Origin: a virus
Taxonomy: Duplodnaviria; Caudoviricetes
DNA: 28,915 nucleotides
Reading direction: 5' to 3' (one strand)
Virus record (IMG/VR): IMGVR_UViG_3300032243_001073
Location: 1 to 28,915 of that record
In this document: piece after piece, positions 1-8,285 of the stretch
Position numbering within the stretch: the first letter of the stretch is position 1
Layout of the letters: each line of letters starts with the position of its first letter
Program-made: the position numbers and the translations under genes
The notes under the pieces: generated by a model
Told to the model about the DNA's origin: nothing
Databases searched by the model: none
Seen by the model: the letters and a program-made list of their open reading frames with translations, nothing else

Positions 1-179
1 CCGCCTGAAAGTGCAAAAGTTTTTCCGCCCGTGGTGTCAGTCCAGGTAGTGCCAGAGCCTGGATAACTTGCAGGGTTCCCTGCGTCGAGACTCAGTACTA
101 ACCCACTGGGAGTACTGGATCCGCCACCTACTGCAATGCCAGGTCCGATGTTAATTCCAGGTCCGATGTTTATTCCCAT
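1..179 (-). CDS. Concanavalin A/LamG-like lectin-domain virion protein (5' part only, runs off window start)
   Basis: Not in ORF track. ATG at 179 reads MGINIGPGINIGPGIAVGGGSSTPSGLVLSLDAGNPASYPGSGTTWTDTTGGKTFALSG. The GLVLxLDAGNxxSYPGSGTTWTD motif is typical of the start of phage LamG-like domains. A TATAAATA box lies 5 nt upstream. Confidence 0.75.
   Translation of the reverse strand, partial: MGINIGPGINIGPGIAVGGGSSTPSGLVLSLDAGNPASYPGSGTTWTDTTGGKTFALSG
139..174. repeat. 18-bp tandem repeat (2 copies) encoding the GINIGP repeat
   Basis: ccaggtccgatgttaatt / ccaggtccgatgtttatt read directly. Confidence 0.85.
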
Positions 180-184
180 AGTAG

Positions 185-192
185 TATTTATA
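185..192 (-). promoter_or_regulatory. T4-type late promoter TATAAATA
   Basis: Plus-strand tatttata = exact T4 gp55 late promoter consensus on minus strand, between the capsid terminator and the next gene. Confidence 0.8.
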
Positions 193-199
193 GTTCAAC

Positions 200-223
200 A
201 AAAAAGGACCCGAAGGTCCTTTT
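200..223 (-). terminator. Rho-independent terminator after major capsid gene (C-UUCG-G tetraloop)
   Basis: Minus strand AAAAGGACC-TTCG-GGTCC-TTTTTT; UUCG-capped terminators are characteristic of T4-like phages; A/T runs on both sides suggest it may act bidirectionally. Confidence 0.9.
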
Positions 224-260
224 AAGTAACTTCCCATCTCGGGGTTTAGTCTTTTCTTGA

Positions 261-1445
261 TTACTGGAAGCTCAAGTTAGCTACGCTAATTTCGCTCAAG
301 TAGTCACCAGCATTGCCCAAAGAGCTAGCTGTGTTTGTCAATTCAACATATCCGTAACGTGTCATAAAGCCTACGACTGGTTCGAATGTTGTTGGATCTA
401 GTACAACGCCAGAACTCATTAGAGGAATGTATGGGCAGTAGAACGCTGCAGCATCAGCCTCTGAAGAACCTTTGTAACCTACTAGAACAGCTTGGCTATC
501 GCTAGCATAGCTGTCAACATAGATCTTCATAGCACCGTTCAATGTACCAACAAACTTGGTGTTTGTAGGTGCTTCGAATGTGCCTTCTGTTGTACGTGCA
601 AATGCACTTGTTGTTGCAGACTGTAGAACAGTCAATGCTGCTGGACTTACTACGGCCCAGTTGGCAGCGCCACGACGTGTGCGTTGTGCGATCAAGTTGG
701 CTGCACGGTTGATAAGAACTGCCAATGCGGCGTGTTCGTCACCAACGAATGTAGCTGTACCAGATACAGCAGCTTGGTCGTATGCGTAGTCAGTTGCGGC
801 CAAACCACGTAGAGAACCTAGAACTTCTTGGTCGATCTCAACTGTGATTTCTTGAGCCAAAGCAGCCATAATTTCTGCTTCGATATCCAAACCGTGCATA
901 GATTGTGCATCTTGTGCAGCTTCGAATGTCCAACGTGCAGACAATTTACGTGTCTTAGCTTCAACAACTTGTTTCAAGATTTGAACGTTGATACGGTTTC
1001 CTGGTAAACCTTCAAGTGAGGATGTGCTGGAAGCACGACCTGTTGCAGTGCTGCCAGAGTAGGCTGTTGCAATCTTGAATGGGCTCAATGCCTCGTCACC
1101 TTTAACAACTGAAGTGTCAAATGGTGCACCTGCGCTGCTTGTTACGGTATCAGCGTAACGTACACGTAGTGTGTGGATTTGAGCTACAGGGCCAGTCATT
1201 GGTTGTACACCAACCAATTCGTTAGCAATAACTGTAGGCATAACACGACGGATAACAGGTAGAATTACACGGTTAAGTGTAGCTACGTTACCAGCTTGTG
1301 TTGCGCCTGCTGTTGCATTTTCAGCCAAGTGCTTGCGAGTGTTCTCTAGGATCACACCCATTGTGGTTCTGCGAGAACCTTGTAGACCTTCTAGCAGGGC
1401 GTCTTTTGTTTCGCCCCAACGGCCTTCTAATAGTGCTTGTGTCAT
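261..1445 (-). CDS. gp23: Major capsid protein (T4 gp23-like)
   Basis: Motifs VIRRVMPTVIANELVGVQPMTGP, VEAKTRKLSARWTFEAAQD, EIDQE, AAFYCPYIPL, FEPVVGFMTRYG; SD AGGAG upstream. Confidence 0.97.
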   Translation of the reverse strand: MTQALLEGRWGETKDALLEGLQGSRRTTMGVILENTRKHLAENATAGATQAGNVATLNRVILPVIRRVMPTVIANELVGVQPMTGPVAQIHTLRVRYADTVTSSAGAPFDTSVVKGDEALSPFKIATAYSGSTATGRASSTSSLEGLPGNRINVQILKQVVEAKTRKLSARWTFEAAQDAQSMHGLDIEAEIMAALAQEITVEIDQEVLGSLRGLAATDYAYDQAAVSGTATFVGDEHAALAVLINRAANLIAQRTRRGAANWAVVSPAALTVLQSATTSAFARTTEGTFEAPTNTKFVGTLNGAMKIYVDSYASDSQAVLVGYKGSSEADAAAFYCPYIPLMSSGVVLDPTTFEPVVGFMTRYGYVELTNTASSLGNAGDYLSEISVANLSFQ

Positions 1446-1468
1446 TTCTTTTTACTCCTGATTAGGGT

Positions 1469-2569
1469 TTATTTAAGCCCTGCTAAACGCTTGATTTCGA
1501 CTACATTATTATAGTCGGGCTCAGCACTTGCTTTAGCAGTTTTATCACCAGTTACTTCTACACGACTTTCTGACAACATCGCTGGCTTTTCAGCCTTGGG
1601 TGTAGCAGAGTTGTTTAGAACTGCTGGTAGATACTTTTCAAATGCAGACTTCAATTTTTCGGTCTGCACATTTTCAAGAAGCTGGACCATCACGTCTTGC
1701 TTCTCTTTGTTTAAAGGCTTCAACAACTCATTCATAGTTGTCTTACGCTCTTGTGATTCTTTAATAATTTTGATTTCACGGTCTTTAGATTCAACTAAAG
1801 CAGATTTTTCGTCAGCAGCCTGTTTGGCTTCTGCGATAACGGCTTCTTTTTCTTCTAGTGCTTTGTTTAGCTTGGCGATCTGTTGATTCTCATTCAAGTG
1901 AGTAATAGCAAATTCGCTGGCAAAAGCTTCGAATAGACGACGACCAAAATTGTTCTCGCGAGCAATTTGAATGTCTTCTTTTAGTTGAGTCATTTCAGAC
2001 TCTAGTCCTTTGGCTACAGATTCTTTAACCAGTGCAGCTGAACGCTTGACAAAGTTTTCTTGTAAGCTGGCTAATTTTTGTTTAGCTTCACTGACTAGTC
2101 TTACTTTTGTTTCAACTACTTCTTGTTTGTCCTTAGAGAACTCTTGAATTTCTTCAGCTAGTGATTTAACAACAAACTTCTCTAGGCGCTGTACGCTTTC
2201 CTTTTGAACTCTGCGGTCACTACGCAACTCTTTGATCTCTTCAGCTAGTTTTGCAACTAGGAATTGATCAAACTTACCAACACTTTCCTGCATACGATTG
2301 TTAAAACGCACACGGTCAGCAGCCAGTTGTTGCTTTTCTTCATTAAACTCAAGGATTTCAGCTTGTAGGCTTTCTGTGACCATTTTGTCTAGAGCTTCGA
2401 CCATTACACTTTTATCGTGTTCGTAGCGCCCAGCAAATTCTTCGCGCATTTCTGCACGGATCTGCTCGCGAGCTTCATTAAGTTTAGATTCCCAAGCTTC
2501 GCTGATGGCTAACTTAGTTTCTTCATTAATGATACCATTGTCTACTAATGGTTTGATAGCATCAAACAT
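1469..2569 (-). CDS. gp22: Prohead core scaffolding protein (gp22-like)
   Basis: Long E/K-rich coiled-coil protein between protease and capsid genes, with many (L/I/V/M)-x-E protease sites. Confidence 0.85.
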   Translation of the reverse strand: MFDAIKPLVDNGIINEETKLAISEAWESKLNEAREQIRAEMREEFAGRYEHDKSVMVEALDKMVTESLQAEILEFNEEKQQLAADRVRFNNRMQESVGKFDQFLVAKLAEEIKELRSDRRVQKESVQRLEKFVVKSLAEEIQEFSKDKQEVVETKVRLVSEAKQKLASLQENFVKRSAALVKESVAKGLESEMTQLKEDIQIARENNFGRRLFEAFASEFAITHLNENQQIAKLNKALEEKEAVIAEAKQAADEKSALVESKDREIKIIKESQERKTTMNELLKPLNKEKQDVMVQLLENVQTEKLKSAFEKYLPAVLNNSATPKAEKPAMLSESRVEVTGDKTAKASAEPDYNNVVEIKRLAGLK

Positions 2570-2582
2570 TGGATCATTTCCT

Positions 2583-3221
2583 TTATAATTTTAAGTCTCT
2601 GATGAAGCGTTTTACTTCTTCTTGCAGATACTTTTGGACTTTTTGATTTGCACCGGCATCTTTAGCCATTTCGAAAACTCTGTGACCTCCACGCATATTC
2701 ATCAGCCCTTCGTAAACGGCTTTTGGATAAGCACTAGGCGCACTGGGTTGTGCAACTATATCAACTGTGACTATATCAAAGTCACTTACGTGTCCCGAGC
2801 TTTCGTTAACGTTGCCGCTACCTCTGCTGGACACACCTAACTTCACTCCACTATCCAACATAGTTGTTACCAGTTGGCCCATTGGAGTTGGAAGAACTTT
2901 TAATTTACCGAAACCATTGGGGCCATCCATCCACATATCTGTGATCATATGGCACACACGGTCTAGGTTAATTTTCAAATCATCAGGATGGTCTAGTTCG
3001 CCTAGTACGCTATAACCATCACGGATTTGTTTGTTTATAATATCTACTGCGGAGGTAATTTCATCTACTGGATAAACACGCTGGTTGGCGTTCTTTACAC
3101 CACCTTGAATGAAAATGCCTTTCATATAAAGGCTTTTTGGTTTACCTTCACCATTGGACTCCGACAGGACTTCCATCCTGGCGTTGTCAAATGATAAATG
3201 TTCCTGTATTAAACCGCGCAC
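2583..3221 (-). CDS. gp21: Prohead protease (gp21-like), GTG start
   Basis: GIFIQGGVKNANQRVYP, LGELDHP (catalytic His), GVSSRGSG (catalytic Ser), DIVAQPSAP. Confidence 0.95.
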   Translation of the reverse strand: MRGLIQEHLSFDNARMEVLSESNGEGKPKSLYMKGIFIQGGVKNANQRVYPVDEITSAVDIINKQIRDGYSVLGELDHPDDLKINLDRVCHMITDMWMDGPNGFGKLKVLPTPMGQLVTTMLDSGVKLGVSSRGSGNVNESSGHVSDFDIVTVDIVAQPSAPSAYPKAVYEGLMNMRGGHRVFEMAKDAGANQKVQKYLQEEVKRFIRDLKL

Positions 3222-3232
3222 AGTATCGATCC

Positions 3233-4234
3233 TTAATTACCAATATGCTTCATTGGGCTCTTTTTGTTGATGGGACGAGTTCCGTCTGCACCAGCCAATT
3301 TGCCTGTTTCTGAATCATCTGGACCAAACTCACGCTCAGCTTTGGTTTTGTAAGAAGTTTTGCCAGCATTGCCGCCTGGAACGTTGGCAAACTTGCCAGC
3401 GTCTTTTAGTTGACCACGACCCTTGGCATATTCGTTGCTTGGTTGCTCAATTTGCTTGCCGTCTGGATCTACTTCTGTGCCACCGCGGGCGATGTTTTTG
3501 TTTGTACCACCCATATCTGTACCTGGGCCTACTGGGCTCTTGGTATTGCGCTCACCTTGCTTTTCGCTTTTGTTTCCAGTACCGGCCATACGACCATTTG
3601 GATTGCTTTGCTCGCCTGGATACTCACCAATTTTCTCAACGTATTCACGGATCCATTCAGCTTCGGTCATTTTCTTAGCTTTTTTATCCTGCATTTTCAT
3701 TGGCATTTTTTTAGACATTTTAGACTCTTCAAGATCTTCTTCGTCTTCTTCGTCGTCCTCTTCGTCTTTGGCTTCGTACATAGCGTCTTCTTCGTCTTCC
3801 ATATCGTCATCACCCATATCGTGCATACCTGGGTGATCGTGTTCTTCGGCTTCTTCTCCAGCCATCAAAGCGTCAAATTCTGCTTTTAGTTCGTCTAGGG
3901 CGTCTTCAAGATCCATAACGCGATCTTCTACGTTACCTTCATCGTCGTGCATACCCATTTCGTCGCCGCCGTGCATACCCATTTCGTCGCCGTGCATTTC
4001 GCCGCCTTCGTCTTCTTCAGAATCAAATTCCTCTTCTTCTGCTTCGTGCATACCTTCTTCGTCAGCGGTGACTTGTTGTGTAAGTTCTTCAACTTGGTTT
4101 CCACCAAATTCTTCGTCCATTAAAGACTCATAAATGTCGCGAGATTTTTCAACAACGATTTGATGGAAAAGTTCTTTGGCTTTTGCTTCGTCTTCGTTAA
4201 TGATAAACTCAATTAGTTGTTCGTATTTGTTCAT
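3233..4234 (-). CDS. Highly acidic prohead core/internal protein (positional analogue of gp67/gp68)
   Basis: D/E-rich low-complexity protein between portal and protease genes; SD AAGGA; late promoter upstream. Confidence 0.6.
   Translation of the reverse strand: MNKYEQLIEFIINEDEAKAKELFHQIVVEKSRDIYESLMDEEFGGNQVEELTQQVTADEEGMHEAEEEEFDSEEDEGGEMHGDEMGMHGGDEMGMHDDEGNVEDRVMDLEDALDELKAEFDALMAGEEAEEHDHPGMHDMGDDDMEDEEDAMYEAKDEEDDEEDEEDLEESKMSKKMPMKMQDKKAKKMTEAEWIREYVEKIGEYPGEQSNPNGRMAGTGNKSEKQGERNTKSPVGPGTDMGGTNKNIARGGTEVDPDGKQIEQPSNEYAKGRGQLKDAGKFANVPGGNAGKTSYKTKAEREFGPDDSETGKLAGADGTRPINKKSPMKHIGN
3946..4006. repeat. ~24-bp period in-frame tandem repeat encoding GDEMGMH units
   Basis: cgtgcatacccatttcgtcgcc at 3946-3967 and 3970-3991 plus a degenerate third copy. 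Confidence 0.8.
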
Positions 4235-4277
4235 ATTCGGATCCTTTTAAAAAATATGTAACGGAATTCTGTAGTAG

Positions 4278-4283
4278 TATTTA
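4278..4283 (-). promoter_or_regulatory. Late promoter core TAAATA upstream of core protein gene, within inverted repeat ATTCTGTA/TACAGAAT (4266-4289)
   Basis: Same hexamer recurs upstream of most structural genes in the window. Confidence 0.6.
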
Positions 4284-4341
4284 CAGAATATGCGTATATT
4301 CAGGGTTAAATGGGTGTTTTTTGAATGATTTTGCAGAATAA

Positions 4342-4572
4342 CTATGCTGGCATTGCGCCAGCAGCTGCTTCAGGAGCTTTATATTGATCAGAAACTTTTT
4401 CTAATTTCTTTTCGTGCTCCAACGCTCGTGTGTCATTCATCACACGTAACTTGTTAAGTTGACCCAACGTTAGACGAGTTTTACGTGTGTCGTCTTTCTT
4501 TAATGTGGTGTTATCGTCTTTTTCACTACGATATCCCGCGGGCGTTGGCTCCATTAATTCGTTTAAATTCAT
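4342..4572 (-). CDS. Small hypothetical head-module protein
   Basis: 76-aa ORF co-oriented between portal and core genes, with TAAATA 5 nt upstream of the ATG. Confidence 0.7.
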   Translation of the reverse strand: MNLNELMEPTPAGYRSEKDDNTTLKKDDTRKTRLTLGQLNKLRVMNDTRALEHEKKLEKVSDQYKAPEAAAGAMPA

Positions 4573-4577
4573 ACTGT

Positions 4578-4583
4578 TATTTA
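4578..4583 (-). promoter_or_regulatory. Late promoter core TAAATA (N5-ATG spacing)
   Basis: Minus strand GGTTAAATA-ACAGT-ATG. Confidence 0.65.
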
Positions 4584-4598
4584 ACCAAAACAGCCGTT

Positions 4599-6299
4599 TT
4601 ATGCGGGTGCGGCCATACTGCCACCGGCCTGTGCTGGCTCTCCACCAATGGGTGCTCCGGGCATTGCTTCAGCTCCTGCATCGGGCATTGGCATTTCAGC
4701 GGCCTGTAGATCTGCATCCAAGCCTCCTGGACTAATGCCAACACTACGTAGTCCCGCTTCTCCTGCAGGTGCTTTTTCTGCATCGCCCTGTTCTTCAGCC
4801 CACATTTCTTCGTTGTCCGCCAGTTCTTCTTCTGTTAGACCCAAATAACGTGTCAGTAAGAAACGTTTTGCCAAATAAGGATATTGTTCTAACTGTCCAA
4901 AACTGGTAATACGTGCTTGATCCACTTCAGCTTGACGATAGCTGGCAAAGTTTTGTGGCTCATTGAACTTTAACTCAAACAGGTTTCCGTCAATGTTAAT
5001 GCCTCTCCAACGCAAGAATAACTTGAATTCTGAATCTAACTTTTCGCTGATCATACGCTGTAGGCGCATACAATACTGGTTAAAACGCCATTCTTGTATT
5101 AGTGCAGTGCCCACACGTCCGTCACTGAATGTGTTGCTGTTGCTGGTGCCGTCGTCCAAGCCCGTGGGCAAATAGCTGGAAGGAATACGCAAACCACGGA
5201 ATAACTTATTAGTAAAGAAGTGTAAGTCTGTGATCTCACCTAGATTTGTACCACCCGGTAGTGTGTCTACCTTAGATCCACGGCCATCTGCTGTTTGTGG
5301 GAAAAAGTAGTCTTCATTGGTGCTCAATGGATTGTAAGTGGCATCCATCATATTCTGCCCGCCGCCTGTTTGTGTGGGAATACGACGTTGATGTACTTCG
5401 TTTTTAACACGTTCTACAAAGGCCATAGCCAAATGGCTGGGCATATTACCCACGTCAATGTAGAAAATTCTACGCTCTGGGGCACGTTGTATACGATAGA
5501 TAATGATGGCGTCTTCCAGCAATTCTTTTTGTTTGAATACTTTGAAAACGTTTTCCAGTACACTGTTGCCAAATGGCCAGCTGAAATCCAAACCTTCTGT
5601 CAGACTTAGATGTACCACGTGTTCAGCATTGATGGCTGCTTCGTTTTGTGCGTGGGTAAAACGTGACCCGCCACTGTAGGGATTCTTGGGCTGCACATAA
5701 GCACCGCTGGGTCCGCCCACCTGTGGGTGGTTGACGTTGGTGTCTGAAGTGTTGATGGCTGTGGCTGTCAAGTTTTGAAAGTTGGGTGCCAGATCTTTGA
5801 CAATATACTGCTCGGGCTTTTTGCCTTCTGCTTCGTTGACAATGACCTTGACCACCTTACTCATTTCAACCCACATAAGTTTAAATGTTTCGGGATCACG
5901 TAAAAACACTTGATCACCATACTTGATGGTGTTGCGGAACATTTTAAAAATACGTTTGTTAAGTTCGTTGATGCTGACCCACTGTTTTAACTGCTCACGA
6001 ATAATCTTAATTTCGTTATCTGTGGGTTTTTCTTTCCAATAGAACTGGAACGCTGTGCCGTTTTCATCGTTGCTTTGTGTGGTAAACTCAGCTAAAATGT
6101 CCAAAGCGGCGTTGACTTCACTGTCCATATCCATTTGTTCGTATTGATTATAACGCTCAACACGATTTGGATGTCCAATATACACTTCAGCCAATTGGCT
6201 TTGATAGTTTTTATAACCAAATTGTGGGGCACCTGCTCCACTTATGGGACTAGCAGATCCAGATACATTTGCTGTGCGGAAGTATTTTTTCCAGGCCAT
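4599..6299 (-). CDS. gp20: Portal vertex protein (gp20-like)
   Basis: LLEDAIIIYRIQRAPERRIFYIDVGNMP, EDYFFP, GRGSKVDTLPGG, LFRGLRIPSS are hallmark T4 portal motifs. Confidence 0.97.
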   Translation of the reverse strand: MAWKKYFRTANVSGSASPISGAGAPQFGYKNYQSQLAEVYIGHPNRVERYNQYEQMDMDSEVNAALDILAEFTTQSNDENGTAFQFYWKEKPTDNEIKIIREQLKQWVSINELNKRIFKMFRNTIKYGDQVFLRDPETFKLMWVEMSKVVKVIVNEAEGKKPEQYIVKDLAPNFQNLTATAINTSDTNVNHPQVGGPSGAYVQPKNPYSGGSRFTHAQNEAAINAEHVVHLSLTEGLDFSWPFGNSVLENVFKVFKQKELLEDAIIIYRIQRAPERRIFYIDVGNMPSHLAMAFVERVKNEVHQRRIPTQTGGGQNMMDATYNPLSTNEDYFFPQTADGRGSKVDTLPGGTNLGEITDLHFFTNKLFRGLRIPSSYLPTGLDDGTSNSNTFSDGRVGTALIQEWRFNQYCMRLQRMISEKLDSEFKLFLRWRGINIDGNLFELKFNEPQNFASYRQAEVDQARITSFGQLEQYPYLAKRFLLTRYLGLTEEELADNEEMWAEEQGDAEKAPAGEAGLRSVGISPGGLDADLQAAEMPMPDAGAEAMPGAPIGGEPAQAGGSMAAPA

Positions 6300-6320
6300 T
6301 TAATAATCTCTTTAATTAGA

Positions 6321-6326
6321 TATTTA
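6321..6326 (-). promoter_or_regulatory. Late promoter core TAAATA upstream of portal
   Basis: Minus strand AGGTAAATA in the 34-bp intergenic gap. Confidence 0.6.
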
Positions 6327-6333
6327 CCTATAA

Positions 6334-8232
6334 TTATGTCGTGTAGTCGATTAATTTCTTGGTGAGATCGTTGCCATCACGCAGCTCGCGCAAGACGTCT
6401 TTGGTTAATTCTGCTTGATCACTCATAGCGGCAACCAATTGACTGACATCAATTCTCAAAGGTATAGACCCGTTAGTCAAAGGAATAACAGCTTCTGCTC
6501 CGGCTTCTCCCACCACTGTGGGGCCTGAGGTAACTCCGCCGTCGGCTCTTTGTGGTATGCCAGGAATGGTGTTGACTGGGGTCTGCTGTCTTCCGGCTTC
6601 ATTTTTTCTTATGGCTTCAGTTAGTTTATTAGCCAAATCATTTGCCATTTTTTCTGAAAAATTACCAACGCCGTTGATACCGTCAATGAACGCATTTAGT
6701 GTCTTGGTAGTGTCGCCCATAGTTTGAACCATAGCCAATGTTATTGCATTTAGGGTACCCATTGCTGTGCCAAGATTAGACATATTTCCAACCACTATTT
6801 CATCTATTTGTCTTTGAATTTTACTTCTCTCACGTTCAGCATCGACAAATGTTTGTGTCAGTTTGTCAGGTGTTTGTCCTTGTTCTAGTTTCTTTCTGTC
6901 TTCTGCCAGTTTTGCAAATATATCTGTGCTGTCCTTGATCAGCTTTAAATTTTCAAGGATAGCACTAGCTGTTTCTGTTTGCGATTTGATTATTGGATTT
7001 TGAGCATTACGATTTATTTCTGCCATATCCTCTTGACTTCTAGCGTAATTTTCCAATGATGCGGCATTATCTTTGAGATATTTTCCGTTACTTTTTCTAT
7101 ATGTGTCTGTGTCAGTATTGACCGTGGACATCATATTGCCAATTGCATCAGCAGCTTCTTGGTTTACTGCTTGATAACGCAGTGCTTCTGCGCTATAAAC
7201 TTTGCCTCCAGTGGCAAAATATTCTTCTGCATATTTGGCTCCTGCATCGCCGAATATTTTACCGGACAAGGCCATACCTTCACGAACGTTTTCTTGCGCC
7301 ACTGTTCCCAGACGTCCAAGTTTTAAATTATAGTCTAACTGTTTACGACGACCTTCTTCTTCGCGTTTCATTGTTTCAGCAGTTTTACCAGTAATGCTAC
7401 TAAGTTCTTTTTGTCTTAATAGATATTCCTGTGCATATTTTAATTGATTATGATAGTCTGCTACTACATCTACGCCCAATTGTGTTTGTAATGAAAGATA
7501 GTCGGCTGTGCCTTTAGATAATTCTGTTAAATTACCATACAGGCCAACCAATGCATCGTTGGTATCATATATGTTTTTACTCATACCCACAACTAGTTTG
7601 GCACCATTGTTCATACCTATGCCCAGTTTACCAATAGATTCTGCATTAGCCGCCACAGCTTTGGCAAATTCATCAATGGGAGTTTTAGTGCCTGCAGCAG
7701 CTTTCACCATCTCGGCAATACTGCCACCAAAAGTCGCACCTATCATAGTTAGTTTATGAAAGTTATCAGTTACTTTTTGTGCACCTTCAATTTGAAATTT
7801 AAGGGCTTTGACCAGTACATCAAAGCCCATCGCAGTCAATTTGGCAGCACCTTCGCCTGCCCGGCCTATGCTAAAACCAGCTATAGACACACCGCTAGAC
7901 ATTTGTCCCAAAGCGGTAAGCAATCCAGTAACGGTCGCTGCCATTGCATCTAGTGTAGGAATCACCGATGTAAATGCCTTGTCAGCACCATATACACTGG
8001 AGCTAACCCCAGTAAAACTGTTTACGAGTCCTTGACCAGTGCCAACCAATCCTTGAAAACCTGCACGTACTGAATCGGCACGAGCAGATAATTTTGATAG
8101 TTCGTTGGCACTGGAGGTTGCAGCAGTGGCACTGCCGCTAGATGCTCTAGATAAACTGAGCAGTCTTTCTGCCAGCTCTTCTGCGGCTCCGCCGGCCCGC
8201 CCCATTCCACTAATTGCTTGGTCAATTTCCAT
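6334..8232 (-). CDS. Putative tail tape-measure-like protein (gp29 analogue)
   Basis: 632 aa, Ala/Gly-rich and helical, with C-terminal RADGGVTSGPTVVGEAGAEAVIPL motif commonly seen near tape-measure C-termini; adjacent to gp26/gp51-like genes. Confidence 0.6.
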   Translation of the reverse strand: MEIDQAISGMGRAGGAAEELAERLLSLSRASSGSATAATSSANELSKLSARADSVRAGFQGLVGTGQGLVNSFTGVSSSVYGADKAFTSVIPTLDAMAATVTGLLTALGQMSSGVSIAGFSIGRAGEGAAKLTAMGFDVLVKALKFQIEGAQKVTDNFHKLTMIGATFGGSIAEMVKAAAGTKTPIDEFAKAVAANAESIGKLGIGMNNGAKLVVGMSKNIYDTNDALVGLYGNLTELSKGTADYLSLQTQLGVDVVADYHNQLKYAQEYLLRQKELSSITGKTAETMKREEEGRRKQLDYNLKLGRLGTVAQENVREGMALSGKIFGDAGAKYAEEYFATGGKVYSAEALRYQAVNQEAADAIGNMMSTVNTDTDTYRKSNGKYLKDNAASLENYARSQEDMAEINRNAQNPIIKSQTETASAILENLKLIKDSTDIFAKLAEDRKKLEQGQTPDKLTQTFVDAERERSKIQRQIDEIVVGNMSNLGTAMGTLNAITLAMVQTMGDTTKTLNAFIDGINGVGNFSEKMANDLANKLTEAIRKNEAGRQQTPVNTIPGIPQRADGGVTSGPTVVGEAGAEAVIPLTNGSIPLRIDVSQLVAAMSDQAELTKDVLRELRDGNDLTKKLIDYTT

Positions 8233-8256
8233 ATTTTAAACCAGGTGGTTTTCCAG

Positions 8257-8275
8257 ATAAGTATAGTATATTTAT
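8257..8275. promoter_or_regulatory. Interlocked divergent late promoters: ATAAGTA (+, 8257-8263) and ATAAATA (-, 8269-8275)
   Basis: Only promoter-like motifs in the 53-bp gap between divergent genes. Confidence 0.5.
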
Positions 8276-8285
8276 TGGAATAAAA

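Noticed and set aside
228-248. Small hairpin CCC-GAGAT-GGG between capsid stop and terminator; possible capsid read-through
   Set aside because: The stem is only 3 bp and a second in-frame TAA follows 4 codons later; nothing can be supported without homologue comparison.
8214-8285. Track start of gp26-like at TTG 8214
   Set aside because: It overlaps the divergent gene start and promoter region; ATG 8286 with upstream GGA fits better.
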